A DNA stretch of 64,000 nucleotides from Camelus ferus (Eukaryota). The position numbers and the translations under genes are program-made. Each line of letters starts with the position of its first letter. Position 1 is the stretch's first letter. The stretch covers positions 117,368,001 through 117,432,000 of the forward strand of contig NC_045697.1 in NCBI RefSeq assembly GCF_009834535.1. The letters are read 5' to 3'. The notes beneath the pieces were generated by a model. The model was not told the DNA's origin and ran no database searches. It saw nothing but the letters and a program-made list of their open reading frames with translations. Below are positions 62,956 to 64,000 of this stretch, in pieces.

Positions 62956-64000
62956 CAGTTATAGAGTAGAGTCTAGATTTTGTCAAAGGATGTGTTTATC
63001 AATTATCAGGAACACAAACGCAGTCTAAAGCACATCCCTCTTCTTTCAAAATACTTGGGAATGTGTTAGAATTCTCTCAGTCTACACATTTTATTGGATG
63101 CAAGAGTGCACAAAACTTCGTCTCACAAGTAAATATGCTAGATCATGTATTCCAGTTACAACTTCCTTGTTCTTTCTCTTTTTTTCTCTTTTTAGTAAAT
63201 GTTTATTGAGTTTCTCTAAGAACCAATATTTGCTGCCTTGTAGGAAAACCAGTATTTCTGTTATGCTGCTGCGGATGGTCCTCAACTAGGACTAGAGGCA
63301 TGGCAAACTTATCTCAGGAGGAGTTCGCCACTGAAGGACTGAGTAAGTAGCTCATTCACCTTGGATTATATATTTGCTGTTGCACAAAATCCACCATGAT
63401 ATCAGCAGCTGTATGCTTTACATCAAAGACTTCAGAACAAAAGCTAAGAACATTTAAGGAACTTCTGGAGAACATTGTTTTCTTCTATTATAAGAGGGGT
63501 GGAAAAGAAACTATTTCATGCAGAGGGATACTGAGCAATGCTGGACTGGAGAATATTTTTCCAAAATCAATAACGCAAATTTTTAATAAACAGGGCCATT
63601 CTATATTTAGTAACAAAATGAGATGAAAAGACCATTTGGAGGACCTTGCTTCATACCACTTTTTACACCTAATACCAGTCACTAAATTGGTGCTTGACAA
63701 ATGTCTGTCTCCTAATTGCAAGTCAGTGCCTTCCTCATAGCACCACACTCCCCTCATTTTTGGTCAAATAAAAATATAATTCACATTAATAAGATACTAG
63801 TAAAAATATATTACTGATGGAAGATAATCACACATTATTGTACACTCTCATTTTTGATAAATAATTTATAAGATGAAGCAATAATTTACAAGATGAAACA
63901 ATAGTAATTAGGAACACATATTTTACATCCATCCACGTGCTGAGTAATCACGTCAATACTGGGGGCTAAATTTACTTTTCAACTTTCCAAAGCGATATTA

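Noticed and set aside
1038..63757. The supplied six-frame ORFs (60-148 aa) as protein-coding genes
   Set aside because: They are short, many start at non-ATG codons, and most are F/L/S/I-biased as expected from AT-rich or antisense L1 DNA. The recognisable ones are L1 or ERVL debris.

Overview
Mammalian, non-microbial DNA. Two tRNA-Ala-derived SINEs resembling the camelid vic-1 family, plus artiodactyl-type L1 3' ends, point to a camelid (camel, alpaca or llama). The window is AT-rich and CpG-poor, has no CpG island, and is dominated by decayed transposable elements: several multi-kb ancestral L1 relics, an ERVL pol remnant with a nested Tigger1 derivative, at least eight solo LTRs or LTR fragments, MER5A/MER20 DNA-transposon fossils, and L2/MIR fragments. 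None of the supplied ORFs is a credible single-exon gene; the recognisable ones are L1 ORF2 or ERVL pol debris. It looks like a large intron or gene-poor intergenic DNA. A few short segments with good splice signals could be exons of a minus-strand gene that I cannot name. The most interesting sequence-level signals are regulatory: a solo LTR with a duplicated octamer + CCAAT-array module, and a MER41-like LTR with a GAS (STAT) site. I see no evidence of a new biological system. All repeat family names come from my recall of consensus sequences and need RepeatMasker/Dfam confirmation. Boundaries of old elements are approximate.
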